Assembly: GCA_965220085.1 (NCBI GenBank)
Contig: CBDCOZ010000003.1
Coordinates: 1,952,001 to 2,016,000, forward strand
Origin: Candidatus Oxydemutatoraceae bacterium
Lineage (GTDB): Bacteria > Pseudomonadota > Gammaproteobacteria > Poriferisulfidales > Oxydemutatoraceae
Direction of reading: 5' to 3'
DNA length: 64,000 nucleotides
The notes below the pieces were generated by a model, which saw only the letters and a list, made by a program, of their open reading frames with translations, searched no databases and had not been told where the DNA came from. The stretch's first letter is position 1. Each line of letters starts with the position of its first letter. Positions 31,704 to 42,360 of the stretch are shown here, one piece after another. A program made the translations under genes and the position numbers.

Positions 31704-33542
31704 ATGCTTGCGACGACGGACACACAGCGGACATTAAAGGAACGTGTCAAAACACTGGGACACGACCCGGGCGTGTACCGGATGCTGGATCGGCAAGGCA
31801 CGATCATTTATGTCGGCAAGGCGCGCAATCTGAAAAAACGCGTCGGTTCGTACTTTAGCAAGAGCAAACTGAGTCCGAAGACGAAAGCGCTGATGGCGCA
31901 AACCCACGACATCGACTGCGTGATCACGCAGTCCGAAGTGGAAGCCTTGTTGCTTGAGAACAACCTGATAAAAAAGCACCGGCCGCGCTACAACGTATTC
32001 TTCCGCGACGACAAAAGCTACCCGTATATCCATATATCCGCCGACGAATTTCCGCGCGTGACCTTCTACCGCGGCAACCGCAAGAGCGCCGGTCGCTACT
32101 TCGGCCCCTACCCCAATGTGCTGGCGGTGCGTGAAACCTTGAACCTGTTGCAAAAATTATTCAAGTTGCGCCAGTGCAGAAATTCTTTTTTTAAAAACCG
32201 TTCGCGGCCCTGCCTTCAATATCAGATTAAACGTTGCGACGCCCCCTGTGTCGGCCTGACCGGCACGGAGCATTACCGCGAACAGTTGTCACTTGCGGTC
32301 GAGTTGCTGTCCGGCAACAGCCGCAAGGTAATAGAAACCCTGATAAACAAAATGGAAACGGCGGCAAGCGATATGCAATACGAAGAAGCCGGCGCCCGCC
32401 GCGATCAAATCGCCCTGCTCAGAAAAGTATCCGAACAGCAATCGGTCAGCTCCGACGGCGGCGACAGCGACATTATCGCCTGCCGTTTTGAGGGGCGGTG
32501 TGCCTGCGTTCAGGTGTTCAATATCCGCGGCGGCTTAAACATCGGCAATAAAACTTTCTACCCGCAACTGCCGGATAGCGATGTTGATGTCGGAATAATT
32601 CTGACAGCATTTACCGGACAATATTATCTGACCCACAAGCCGCCCGATGAGATTATCTTCAGCGACAAACCGGCTGATGAGGCAACGCTGGCAGCGATGT
32701 TGAGTACAAAAGCGGGCAAAAATGTGAAGCTGACGAATACGCCGGCGGGCAAGAAGCGGCGCTGCCTGCTACTTGCAATCAAGAATACCGAAAACGCATT
32801 GAAAACACGCCTGACATCGCGCAAAGGGATACACGAACGATTGCAAAGCCTGCAAGAAGCGCTGGATTTACCCGACCTGCCGCGACGCATTGAATGTTTT
32901 GATATCAGCCATACGATGGGCGAGAAAACAGTCGCCTCGTGTGTCGTGTTTGATCAGCAAGGTGCTAACAAACAGGAGTATCGCCGCTTTAACATCAGCG
33001 GGATCACGCCCGGCGATGATTGCGCCGCCATGCGTCAGGCGGTCACGCGCCGTTACCGGCGGCTCAAACGCGGCGAGGCAAAACTTCCCGATGTCCTGCT
33101 CATCGACGGCGGTAAAGCGCAAACCGGGGAAGCGAGGGCTGTTCTGAAAGAGTTGGAAATTGAAAATGTTGAAGTGATCGGCGTAGCCAAGGGGGTAGAA
33201 CGCAAGGCCGGTGAAGAGACACTGATTTGCGGGGATTTTGGCGAGACGATGAAACTGCCTCCCGATTCTGCCGCCTTGCACCTGATTCAACAAATCCGCG
33301 ATGAGGCACATCGCTTTGCCATCACCGGACACAAGCTGCGGCGGTCAAAGACGCGCAAAAGATCAACGCTGGAAGATATTGCGGGCATCGGCCCGGGGCG
33401 GCGGCGCAACTTGCTTAAATACTTTGGCGGCGCGCAGGCGATTGAAGCGGCCGGCATAGACGAGATCGGCAAAGTGCCGGGAATCAGCAAACGCATCGCC
33501 GGGCTGATTTACGAAGCGATGCACCGCAAGGAGACCGACTGA
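31704..33542 (+). CDS. uvrC: Excinuclease ABC subunit C
   Basis: GIY-YIG region IYVGKARNLKKRV, IECFDISH, RDEAHRFA, HhH. Confidence 0.98.
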   Translation: MLATTDTQRTLKERVKTLGHDPGVYRMLDRQGTIIYVGKARNLKKRVGSYFSKSKLSPKTKALMAQTHDIDCVITQSEVEALLLENNLIKKHRPRYNVFFRDDKSYPYIHISADEFPRVTFYRGNRKSAGRYFGPYPNVLAVRETLNLLQKLFKLRQCRNSFFKNRSRPCLQYQIKRCDAPCVGLTGTEHYREQLSLAVELLSGNSRKVIETLINKMETAASDMQYEEAGARRDQIALLRKVSEQQSVSSDGGDSDIIACRFEGRCACVQVFNIRGGLNIGNKTFYPQLPDSDVDVGIILTAFTGQYYLTHKPPDEIIFSDKPADEATLAAMLSTKAGKNVKLTNTPAGKKRRCLLLAIKNTENALKTRLTSRKGIHERLQSLQEALDLPDLPRRIECFDISHTMGEKTVASCVVFDQQGANKQEYRRFNISGITPGDDCAAMRQAVTRRYRRLKRGEAKLPDVLLIDGGKAQTGEARAVLKELEIENVEVIGVAKGVERKAGEETLICGDFGETMKLPPDSAALHLIQQIRDEAHRFAITGHKLRRSKTRKRSTLEDIAGIGPGRRRNLLKYFGGAQAIEAAGIDEIGKVPGISKRIAGLIYEAMHRKETD

Positions 33543-34093
33543 TGCTGCCGACTGTCTTAACATTCACACGCATCGCCGCAGTACTGCTGCTGGTAATCGT
33601 GTTTTACCTGCCCTTCTCACAGACACATTTGTGGTGTGCGATTATCTTTGCTTTCGCGATGCTTACCGATGTGTTTGACGGCTACCTGGCGCGCAAATTC
33701 GATCAAGAGAGTTCGTTCGGCGCGTTTCTTGATCCGGTCGCCGACAAACTCATCGTCAGCGTTGCGATCATCTTGTTGGTCAGCGCCAACCCGTCCGTCT
33801 TCGTCGTCTTGCCCTCGCTGGTGATCATCTGTCGCGAGATCACCATGCTGGCCTTGCGCGAATGGATGGCCGGAATCGGACAACGCGAACTGGTCGCGGT
33901 CACGATGGTCGCAAAAATGAAAACAATCAGTCAGGCGATTGCGATCACGCTGATGTTCTATCGCGAGCCCATCGGCGAGTGGGACGTGTACCAAACCGGT
34001 TTGGCACTGCTGTACATCTCCGCGACCCTGACGCTGACATCCATGGCGACATACCTAAAGATTGTGTCAAAGAACGTGAAGTGGTCGGACTAG
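33542..34093 (+). CDS. pgsA: CDP-diacylglycerol--glycerol-3-phosphate 3-phosphatidyltransferase
   Basis: DGYLARK..FGAFLDPVADK; follows uvrC. Confidence 0.95.
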   Translation: MLPTVLTFTRIAAVLLLVIVFYLPFSQTHLWCAIIFAFAMLTDVFDGYLARKFDQESSFGAFLDPVADKLIVSVAIILLVSANPSVFVVLPSLVIICREITMLALREWMAGIGQRELVAVTMVAKMKTISQAIAITLMFYREPIGEWDVYQTGLALLYISATLTLTSMATYLKIVSKNVKWSD

Positions 34094-34112
34094 TGTTGAG
34101 CAAAAGAGAAGG

Positions 34113-34188
34113 TGGAGCGGGAAACGAGGTTCGAACTCGCGACCTCAACCTTGGCAAGGTTGCGCTCTGCCAGCTGAGCTATTCCCGC
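34113..34188 (-). tRNA. tRNA-Gly(GCC)
   Basis: Reverse complement gcgggaatagctcag...ccttgccaagg...gttcgaacc...cccgctcca. Confidence 0.97.
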
Positions 34189-34274
34189 GCCGTCGCCATA
34201 TTCTATTGCTTCTTGCGCGTTTTTACCAGCCCATTCTCGTTTCCGCATGCCCGGCGCATATGCCGCCCCGCCTG

Positions 34275-34685
34275 ATGACCGACAAACGCGCGGATAAATA
34301 TGGCTTGATTGCCGGCGCTGCCGTTTTGGGGCTGGTATCCGTCGTATACGACGCGCTTGGCAGCCACTTGCTGGAACTATCCGCCAAGCAAGCCGGCAGC
34401 TTGGGTGTGGCCACCCACTATGGCATCGTCCATGCGGTGCTGATAATCGGACTGGCGCTGATGCGTTTTACCGATATGCCCGCTGCGGTTGTGAAAAGAC
34501 TCTCCGTAGCGGGGACAATATTCTGTGTCGGTGCCATTCTATTCTCATTCAGTATCTATATCTCCGTCTCAACAGGAATACCGCAAGTGACCGCCATCAC
34601 CCCGCTGGGAGGCATCGCACTGATGGGCGGGTGGCTCTCCCTGTTGTGGGTCGGCGCAGGTTTCAGAAAACGCAACGCCGGATAA
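34275..34685 (+). CDS. DUF423-like small membrane protein
   Basis: ALGSH, GAILFSFSIY, ITPLGG..LMGGWL. Confidence 0.8.
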   Translation: MTDKRADKYGLIAGAAVLGLVSVVYDALGSHLLELSAKQAGSLGVATHYGIVHAVLIIGLALMRFTDMPAAVVKRLSVAGTIFCVGAILFSFSIYISVSTGIPQVTAITPLGGIALMGGWLSLLWVGAGFRKRNAG

Positions 34686-34810
34686 AGCCGGTGTCAGGCG
34701 GTTTATCCTGTTATGGGCCGATAGATATGCCGGCCGGTGTACTGATAAACAAGACAAGCTGCGATAAATACTGGATAATATGCGCTGCGGAAATAATATG
34801 CCGCAACATT

Positions 34811-34884
34811 GGCTAGTTGGCAGAGTGGTTATGCAGCGGCCTGCAAAGCCGTGGACGCCGGTTCGATTCCGGCACTAGCCTCCA
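34811..34884 (+). tRNA. tRNA-Cys(GCA)
   Basis: ggctagttggcagagtgg...ctgcaaa...ggttcgattcc...ctagcctcca. Confidence 0.96.
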
Positions 34885-34885
34885 T

Positions 34886-34969
34886 GCCCGGGTGGCGGAA
34901 TTGGTAGACGCAAGGGACTTAAAATCCCTCGGGCGTATGCCCGTGCCGGTTCGACTCCGGCCCCGGGCA
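34886..34969 (+). tRNA. tRNA-Leu(TAA), CCA not encoded
   Basis: gcccgggtggcggaattggtagacgc...cttaaaa...long variable arm...ggttcgactcc...cccgggca. Confidence 0.95.
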
Positions 34970-35097
34970 TTCCTTAAATGACGCACCCTCGTTAAGAAAG
35001 CAAAGCGCGAAACGCCTTGATATAAAAGTCATACGCTTGGCAATATACGCTAATAGATACATGTTAAAATAGCGCACCTTATGCCGGTTATCGACAG

Positions 35098-36066
35098 ATG
35101 GTACATCAAACAGAAATCAACAACCTGAAAGAGCAACTCACGCAACGCGTTGTCGGTCAGGAGCAGTTAGTCGAGCGGTTACTGATCGCGCTGTTAGCCG
35201 ACGGGCATCTGCTCGTTGAAGGTGCGCCGGGGCTTGCGAAGACAAGAGTCATCCGGGTGCTTGGCGAGAGCATAGACGGCGATTTCTGCCGTATCCAATT
35301 TACTCCCGATCTGTTGCCGGCCGACTTGACGGGAACCGAGATATACCGCCCTCAGGATGGTAGCTTCACATTTCAACAAGGCCCTTTATTCCACAACATC
35401 ATCCTTGCCGACGAGATTAATCGCGCACCGGCAAAAGTCCAATCGGCATTACTTGAAGCGATGGCGGAACGGCAGATAACGGTCGGCGGGCAAACATTCT
35501 CACTGCCGCAACTGTTTCTGGTGATGGCAACACAAAACCCGATTGAACAGGAGGGAACTTACCCTCTGCCGGAAGCGCAACTTGACCGTTTCCTGATGCA
35601 CGTGACGGTGGATTACCCGTCGGTTGATCAGGAGCAGTCCATCCTCCGACTGGTGCGCGGCGAACAGCTTGAAGAAATGCAGAACACCGAGCAGACCATC
35701 AGCAAAATCTCCCAGCAAAGTATCTTTGATACACGCAAAGAGATTGTGAACCTGCATATGTCGGACGAAATTGAACGCTACATCGTTGAGTTGGTACTGG
35801 CAACCCGCAATATGGCGGCTTACGGTGACGACATCGCCCATTGGTTGCAATACGGCGCCAGTCCGCGCGCGACCATAGCACTTGACCGCTGCGCACGCGC
35901 ACACGCATGGCTCAATGAACGGGACTATGTCACGCCGCATGATGTGCAGGCAATCACGCCGGATGTAATGCGCCACCGCTTGATTCTGAATTACGAAGCG
36001 GAAGCCGAAGGCATTACAGCCGACAAAACAATATCGGAATTGATCAGCCGCATCGCGGTTCCTTAA
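35098..36066 (+). CDS. moxR: MoxR-family AAA+ ATPase
   Basis: EGAPGLAKT, RIQFTPDLLPAD, DEINRAPAKVQSALLE. Confidence 0.96.
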   Translation: MVHQTEINNLKEQLTQRVVGQEQLVERLLIALLADGHLLVEGAPGLAKTRVIRVLGESIDGDFCRIQFTPDLLPADLTGTEIYRPQDGSFTFQQGPLFHNIILADEINRAPAKVQSALLEAMAERQITVGGQTFSLPQLFLVMATQNPIEQEGTYPLPEAQLDRFLMHVTVDYPSVDQEQSILRLVRGEQLEEMQNTEQTISKISQQSIFDTRKEIVNLHMSDEIERYIVELVLATRNMAAYGDDIAHWLQYGASPRATIALDRCARAHAWLNERDYVTPHDVQAITPDVMRHRLILNYEAEAEGITADKTISELISRIAVP

Positions 36067-36068
36067 CC

Positions 36069-37001
36069 ATGTCTGCCGATGCGGCCACAATACCGCAATC
36101 AACCGATAATGAGGCTGTCGCAGTCTCATCCACCTCGCTGATTGCATTGGCACACGCCGCGCGCGGGCTCTCGCTAAACCCCAAACAGATCCGCGCGCGC
36201 ACCAGCGATACGATGCAATCCCGCTTCAAGGGTCGCGGCATGGAATATGACGAGTCGCGCCCTTATCAACCGGGTGATGATGTGCGCCATCTGGATTGGC
36301 GCGTGACAGCGAGAAGCAATGCGACCTATACGAAAACATTTCAGGAAGAACGCGAACGACCGGTGTTCTTGTGGGTGGATAACCGCGGGCCGATGTTCTT
36401 TGCAACACGCGGCAAATTCAAATCGGTTGTTGCGGCGGAAATAGCGGCGCTGCTGGGTTGGAGCGCCACACACCGCGGCGATCGCGTCGGCGGCGCGGTA
36501 TTTTTCGGTGAAGAACACCACGAGGTAAAGCCCATGCGCGGGCGACGCGGCATCCTGCGCTTGCTCCATTACCTGTCGCAACCGCCCCTTGACGGGATCA
36601 GTGACACAGCACTCGGCATACCGCTGAACAGAATGTCGCGCATCGCCCGCCCCGGCAGTCTGGTTATCCTGATCAGCGACTTTCGCCAGTGCGATGAGCG
36701 GGCACAGACTAATCTGCGGCGCCTTGCGGCGCACAGCGAGTTGGTTATGCTTCAGGTGTATGACACGCTCGAACAAGAACTGCCGCCGCCGGGGGATTAT
36801 CGGGTCAGCGACGGGCGCAACGAGGTGCGGTTTGCTTCGCGCGATAGCGCCTTGCGCAAAACCTATCGCGATGCGTTTGCGCAGCGCACGCAACTGACGA
36901 TGAGTCTGGCAAAGAAACTGCGTTCTGCGTATCTTCGCTGTCGCACAAGCGATAATCCTCTGACCGTGTTGAAAGGAACGTTTGGAGCCCGCAGCCGATG
37001 A
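36069..37001 (+). CDS. DUF58 protein
   Basis: GRGMEYDESRPYQPGDDVRHLDWRVTAR. Confidence 0.93.
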   Translation: MSADAATIPQSTDNEAVAVSSTSLIALAHAARGLSLNPKQIRARTSDTMQSRFKGRGMEYDESRPYQPGDDVRHLDWRVTARSNATYTKTFQEERERPVFLWVDNRGPMFFATRGKFKSVVAAEIAALLGWSATHRGDRVGGAVFFGEEHHEVKPMRGRRGILRLLHYLSQPPLDGISDTALGIPLNRMSRIARPGSLVILISDFRQCDERAQTNLRRLAAHSELVMLQVYDTLEQELPPPGDYRVSDGRNEVRFASRDSALRKTYRDAFAQRTQLTMSLAKKLRSAYLRCRTSDNPLTVLKGTFGARSR

Positions 37002-37456
37002 ACCCGGAAGCGATCGGCGAACTCCTTGCGCAACTGACGATGAGTCTGGCAAAGAAACTGCGTTCTGCTTATCTTCGGTGTCGCACAAGCGATAATCCTC
37101 TGACCGTGTTGAAAGGAACGTTTGGAGCCCGCAGCCGATGAACCCGGAAGCGATCGGCGAACTCCTTGCGCAACTGACGATGAGTCTGGCAAAGAAACTG
37201 CGTTCTGCTTATCTTCGGTGTCGCACAAGCGATAATCCTCTGACCGTGTTGAAAGGAACGTTTGGAGCCCGCAGCCGATGAACCCGGAAGCGATCGGCGA
37301 ACTCCTTGCGCAACTGACGATGAGTCTGGCAAAGAAACTGCGTCCTGCTTATCTTCGGTGTCGCACAAGCGATAATCCTCTGACCGTGTTGAAAGGAACG
37401 TTTGGAGCCCGCAGCCGATGAACCCGGAAGCGATTGGCGAACTCCTTGCGCAACTG
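36889..37456. repeat. Tandem array, 4 x 140 bp, across the DUF58/DUF4381 junction
   Basis: cgcaactg (8-bp microhomology) at 36889, 37029, 37169, 37309, 37449. Confidence 0.97.
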
Positions 37457-37933
37457 CGCGATATTCGCTTGCCCGAACCTCCCGGTTGGTGGCCGCCGGC
37501 GCCCGGTTGGTGGATCCTGGCAGCGATACTGGCAGCGTCGATTGCGGGCGGTATCTGGCGGCGGCGGCAACACATCGCGCATATCAATTCGCCGCGCTAT
37601 CTGGCGCTTGAGCAACTTGATATATTGCGCGCGCGCTATCGCGCGGACCATGATGCGCAGCGCTTGCTGGCAGACATCTCCGCTCTGATGCGGCGCGTCG
37701 CGCTGAGCATCGGGCCGCGACGGGAAGTCGCCTCGCTGACCGGCGAACAGTGGCTTGATTGGATTAACAGACATACGAGCGGCGCGCCGCTTGATGAAAA
37801 CATTGCGCGGACTCTGATCGATGCGCCGTATCGCCCGACGGCGCAAAGCGATGCCGAGGCGATACTGCGGGCGTGCGAAGAATGGGCCGAAGGGCTTGAG
37901 AGCAAGCGGGGGCAAAGCGATGCTGCACTTTGA
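37418..37933 (+). CDS. DUF4381 protein
   Basis: LRDIRLPEPPGWWPPAPGWW, LTGEQWL. Confidence 0.9.
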   Translation: MNPEAIGELLAQLRDIRLPEPPGWWPPAPGWWILAAILAASIAGGIWRRRQHIAHINSPRYLALEQLDILRARYRADHDAQRLLADISALMRRVALSIGPRREVASLTGEQWLDWINRHTSGAPLDENIARTLIDAPYRPTAQSDAEAILRACEEWAEGLESKRGQSDAAL

Positions 37934-38909
37934 ATGGCTCTGGGTCTGGTTCCTGCTGCCGCTGCCGCTGTTGATACGCTGGCTGATGAAGCCGGCGCCG
38001 ACGCATAGCCGCGCCGCTTTGCGTATTTCTTTCATCGACGATTTCTCATTCGGCGACACAGAACGCGGCGGCTTCGGCCCTGCGCACCGTTGGTTACTGA
38101 TATCGGCGGGAGCGGCGTGGTTGCTTCTGGTCATCGCCGCCAGCCGTCCGCAGTGGGTCGATGAGATTACCAAGATACAAGCGAGCGGTCGCGACTTGAT
38201 GCTCGCAGTCGATATTTCCGGCAGCATGAAGACCGAAGATTTCGCATTGAACAATCGCCGCGCGACGCGGCTGCAAGTCGCCCGTTCGGTGGCTGCCGAT
38301 TTCATTAAGCAGCGCGAGGGAGACCGCATCGGCCTCATCGTTTTCGGCGCGGAACCGTACTTGCAGATGCCGCTGAGTTTTGATTTGGAGACGGTGCGGG
38401 ATATGCTCAACTCGACTTTTATCGGCCTCGCCGGCGAGAAGGCGACCGCGATAGGCGACTCTATCGGTCTGGCGATCAAACGCTTGCGCGCGTACGAGGA
38501 GAGCAACCGTGTGCTGATACTGCTGACCGACGGGATCAACAACGCCGGCAACATCAACCCGATGGATGCCGCCGATGTCGCCGCGCAACAAGGCATGAAG
38601 ATTTATACCATCGGCATCGGCTCGGTAGGGAGAAGCGTGTTCTCTCTGCAACCGGCGCCCGAACTGGACGAGGACACGCTGAAAAAGGTCGCACAAAAAA
38701 CCGGCGGGCGGTATTTCCGCGCGACCAACACCAAAGAGCTCAGAGAAATCTACGCTATCTTGGACAAGTTGGAGGTGATAGAACGCGATCAAAAGACGGT
38801 CGCGCTCTATACCGAGTTGTACCCGTGGCCGTTGGCCCTGGCGGGTCTGATCGCGTTTCTGCTGTTGCTGGCCAATATATTGCAAAGGGGGCTGTCATGG
38901 AGTTCTTGA
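37920..38909 (+). CDS. VWA-domain protein, BatA-like
   Basis: MIDAS DISGSM, TAIGD, LLTDG. Confidence 0.92.
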   Translation: MLHFEWLWVWFLLPLPLLIRWLMKPAPTHSRAALRISFIDDFSFGDTERGGFGPAHRWLLISAGAAWLLLVIAASRPQWVDEITKIQASGRDLMLAVDISGSMKTEDFALNNRRATRLQVARSVAADFIKQREGDRIGLIVFGAEPYLQMPLSFDLETVRDMLNSTFIGLAGEKATAIGDSIGLAIKRLRAYEESNRVLILLTDGINNAGNINPMDAADVAAQQGMKIYTIGIGSVGRSVFSLQPAPELDEDTLKKVAQKTGGRYFRATNTKELREIYAILDKLEVIERDQKTVALYTELYPWPLALAGLIAFLLLLANILQRGLSWSS

Positions 38910-40696
38910 GCGATTTTCATTTTTTGCGGCCGTGGTGGTTTGTCGCCATCGTGCCGCTGGCTGTCGCGCTCTGGTTGCTCGCTAAGATGCAGTCGGGAGA
39001 GAAGAGTTGGGAGACGATCTGCGACCGCCACCTGCTGCCGCACATCCTGATCGGGCGCGATACGACGAGCAGCAAAAAATTTATGCTCGCGCTTGCCGCC
39101 GCGATCGGCGCGGTATCCATTCTCGCCCTTGCCGGGCCCGCTGCGGAAAAACAACAGCAGCAGGTGTTTGAAAACGAATCCGCTCTGGTCGTCGTGTTTG
39201 ACCTGTCGCGCTCGATGAATGCGGTGGACATACCGCCGAGCCGTCTGGTGCGCGCGCGGTATAAGATCAGCGACCTGATCAATCGTTACCAAAGCGGCGG
39301 GCAGTTTGCGCTGGTGACGTATGCCGCCGATGCGTTTACTGTCATGCCGCTTACCGACGACACCGCGGCATTTGAAATGTACTTGTCGTCCCTGAATAGC
39401 GGTATGCTGCCGGAACAAGGCAGCCGCCCCGATCTGGCGCTGGAACATTCCGCCGCGCTGGTCGAGCAGGCCGGCTTGGAGCGGGGAGACATACTGCTGG
39501 TCAGCGATTATGTCGACAGCGACCGCAGTCACGCCATGGCCAAGGACCTGGCGCAGCGGGGATACCGCATTTCGGTACTCGGCGTCGGCAGCAAAGAAGG
39601 CGCGCCGATTCGGGTGAACGGCAACATCTTCACCCACAACGGCAAGACCGTCGTCGCGCATTTTGATGCGGCGCCTTTGCGCGAACTTGCCAAGCTCGGC
39701 AACGGCATCTACAGGCAGTTAGACCCCACCGGCGAGAGCGATATCGCCGCGCTCAACGAGTTGTTTGAGTCCGCGCCGAAATTGCCGGCGGAAGACGGCT
39801 CATCGCAGGTGTTCGGCGAGGCCTGGAAAGAACAGGGGCCGTGGTTGGTGTTGCTGTTATTGCCGTTGGCGGCTCTCGGTTTCAGGCGCGGGCTCTTAGT
39901 CGCCGCGCTTGCTATCACGCTCCCTCTGCCACAACCGGCGACGGCCAACTGGTGGGATGATCTGTGGCAGCGCGGCGACCAGCAAGCGATGGAAGCATTT
40001 GAAAAGGGCGACACCGAGACCGCCGCCGAACTGTTTGATGACCCGAGGTGGCGGGCGGCGAGCAGTTTTCGCAGCGGCAATTATCGGCAGGCGCAACAGG
40101 CGCTTGAGAAACCGCAGAGCGCCGGCGACTGGTATAACCTTGGCAATGCGCAAGCGCACGGGGGTAATTTTGAGGGGGCGATCAAATCGTACAAGCGCTC
40201 TATTGAGCTTGACCCTGCGATGGAAGATGCGCAACACAACATGGGCATCGTCAGACAGTTGTTGCAAGAGCAACAGGCGCAAGCCGGCGAAGGCGATGAG
40301 GAGGACGCCGAAGGAGAAGAAGCGGAAGGACAACAGGGCGAAGCCGAACAACAAGACGGTTCCGAGGCGGAACAGGCGGGGCAGGCGGACAGCTCCGGCG
40401 ATGAAAACGATCCGGATGATGCTTCCGAGCAAGAAGCCGGCAAAGAGGAGCAAGAGCAGGCCGACTCCGGCGCGCAAGGAAACGAGGAGCAGGAACAGTC
40501 CGCCGCCGACGAGCAAGACGATGAGGAAGCGCAAACCGGCGCTAACGAGGGAGAGACGATGCCCGAGGACAAGCAGGCGATAGAACAGTGGTTGCGTCAG
40601 GTTGAGGACAATCCGTCGCGGATGTTGCAACGCAAGTTTCGTTATCAGCAGAGAAAGGAAAACAAAAATACCGAGGAGGGGGAAAACCCATGGTGA
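38897..40696 (+). CDS. VWA + TPR protein (BatB/BatC-like) with acidic linker
   Basis: DLSRSM..DI.PSRL.RA, YNLGNA TPR, E/Q-rich tail. Confidence 0.9.
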   Translation: MEFLSDFHFLRPWWFVAIVPLAVALWLLAKMQSGEKSWETICDRHLLPHILIGRDTTSSKKFMLALAAAIGAVSILALAGPAAEKQQQQVFENESALVVVFDLSRSMNAVDIPPSRLVRARYKISDLINRYQSGGQFALVTYAADAFTVMPLTDDTAAFEMYLSSLNSGMLPEQGSRPDLALEHSAALVEQAGLERGDILLVSDYVDSDRSHAMAKDLAQRGYRISVLGVGSKEGAPIRVNGNIFTHNGKTVVAHFDAAPLRELAKLGNGIYRQLDPTGESDIAALNELFESAPKLPAEDGSSQVFGEAWKEQGPWLVLLLLPLAALGFRRGLLVAALAITLPLPQPATANWWDDLWQRGDQQAMEAFEKGDTETAAELFDDPRWRAASSFRSGNYRQAQQALEKPQSAGDWYNLGNAQAHGGNFEGAIKSYKRSIELDPAMEDAQHNMGIVRQLLQEQQAQAGEGDEEDAEGEEAEGQQGEAEQQDGSEAEQAGQADSSGDENDPDDASEQEAGKEEQEQADSGAQGNEEQEQSAADEQDDEEAQTGANEGETMPEDKQAIEQWLRQVEDNPSRMLQRKFRYQQRKENKNTEEGENPW

Positions 40697-42360
40697 TGAG
40701 AGTTGCCCAAGCGGTCTTGATCGGCATATCGCTGCTCGCGGTCACGGCGATGGCGGCGGATGTGCGCACGGTCGTCAAACGCAACCAGATTGAGATCGGC
40801 GAATCGTTTCAGGTGGAATTCGTAAGCAACAAGAAAGACACGGGCGCGCCGGATTTTTCGCCGCTTAACAAAGACTTCCGGGTGTTGGGGAGGAATCAAA
40901 AATCCACGCAAAGCATCATCAACGGGGTCGTGAAAATAGAGAAGAAGTGGATCGTGGAGTTATCGCCCAAGCGCGCCGGGCGGCTGAAAATTCCGGCATT
41001 GAACTTTGGCAATGCGAAGAGCCGGGAAGCGTTTGTGCGGGTGAAAAAAGCAAAACCTGCGGCGCCCGGCAAGGCGGAGGACATCTTTATGGAGATGACA
41101 GCGCAACCCTTGTCGCCTTATGTGCAGGCGCAGGTTCTGGTCATTACGCGCCTGTATACGATCAAGAGCCTGCGCGGGTCGATCAGCGATATTGCGGCGG
41201 AAAGCGATGCCATCATAAAGAAGGTCGGCGATGCGAAGAACTACAGGAAGGCGCATCGCGGACGCAACTACAACATACACGAAAACCGCTACTTCGTTTA
41301 TCCGCAAAACAGCGGCGCTGTCAAGATCAAGCCGCCGCAACTGGACGCGCAGTACACCGAGCGGGGGCGGCGTTATACGGTGCGCAAATCGGCCGCGCCG
41401 GTGACCCTCAATGTGCGCCCGGCGCCCGCTTCTTTTACCGGCGTTGCGTGGCTGCCCGCCGAAAGGATACGGCTGTCCGAAACGTGGTCGGAAGATTTGG
41501 CGTCCCTGCAGGCGGGCGCGCCGCTTGTGCGCACGATAGCCATCAAAGGGCGCGGCATTTCAAGCGCGCAGTTGCCGGAAATCAAACAGGATGAGGTCGA
41601 TAATCTCCGGCTCTATCCCGAGCAGGCGACGCTCAAAGACAATACGGGGAATACGCTGGACTCGGAACGCATCCAAAAGTTTGTGTTGATTCCGTCTCAG
41701 GCGGGGCAGTACAGGCTGCCGGAGATTCGCATCCCGTGGTGGAATACCAAAACCGATAAGACCGAATATGCCACCTTGCCGGCGCGGACTCTGTCGGTTG
41801 AGGAAGCGGCGGCGGGGTTGATTATCACGCCCGAACCGGTTGTCGCATCGCAGCAAGCAGCGCCCGTCGGCGATAGCGACGACAGCAATCTGTGGGCGTG
41901 GGTCAGCGCTTTGATGTTGCTCGGGTGGAGCGCGACCGGCGCGCTGGTATGGAAACAGCGGGGCATCGTCGCGGCTCATGCGGCTGCTGCGACCGATAAC
42001 CGGCGCAAAGAGGAGAAGCAGGCGGCGAACTTGCGGCGCTGTCGCAGGCAGTTGGAAAAAGCATGCGCGAACGACGACCGCCTGGCAACCAGAAATACCA
42101 TGTTGCGCTGGGCCAAACTGATGTGGCCCGACAGGGATACGAAGTCTCTCGGGCAGTTGGCGCTGTTGGCCGATGATGCCGCGCTGGTCGAAGAGATCAG
42201 GCGATTGGATGAGGCGCTTTATTCCGAGCACAGCGATTGGAGCGGCAAGGAGATGTGGACGGCGTTGCAAGCCTGCTCCGAAACCGCGAAGGAACGACCC
42301 GCCGGTCGGTTTGCCAGAAAAAAATCCGGCGGGCTGGCGGCGTTGCACAAACTGAAGTGA
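40690..42360 (+). CDS. BatD-family protein
   Basis: Signal peptide, PDFSPL..DF, PYVQAQV, WLPA, IPWWNT; last gene of the Bat operon. Confidence 0.88.
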   Translation: MVMRVAQAVLIGISLLAVTAMAADVRTVVKRNQIEIGESFQVEFVSNKKDTGAPDFSPLNKDFRVLGRNQKSTQSIINGVVKIEKKWIVELSPKRAGRLKIPALNFGNAKSREAFVRVKKAKPAAPGKAEDIFMEMTAQPLSPYVQAQVLVITRLYTIKSLRGSISDIAAESDAIIKKVGDAKNYRKAHRGRNYNIHENRYFVYPQNSGAVKIKPPQLDAQYTERGRRYTVRKSAAPVTLNVRPAPASFTGVAWLPAERIRLSETWSEDLASLQAGAPLVRTIAIKGRGISSAQLPEIKQDEVDNLRLYPEQATLKDNTGNTLDSERIQKFVLIPSQAGQYRLPEIRIPWWNTKTDKTEYATLPARTLSVEEAAAGLIITPEPVVASQQAAPVGDSDDSNLWAWVSALMLLGWSATGALVWKQRGIVAAHAAAATDNRRKEEKQAANLRRCRRQLEKACANDDRLATRNTMLRWAKLMWPDRDTKSLGQLALLADDAALVEEIRRLDEALYSEHSDWSGKEMWTALQACSETAKERPAGRFARKKSGGLAALHKLK

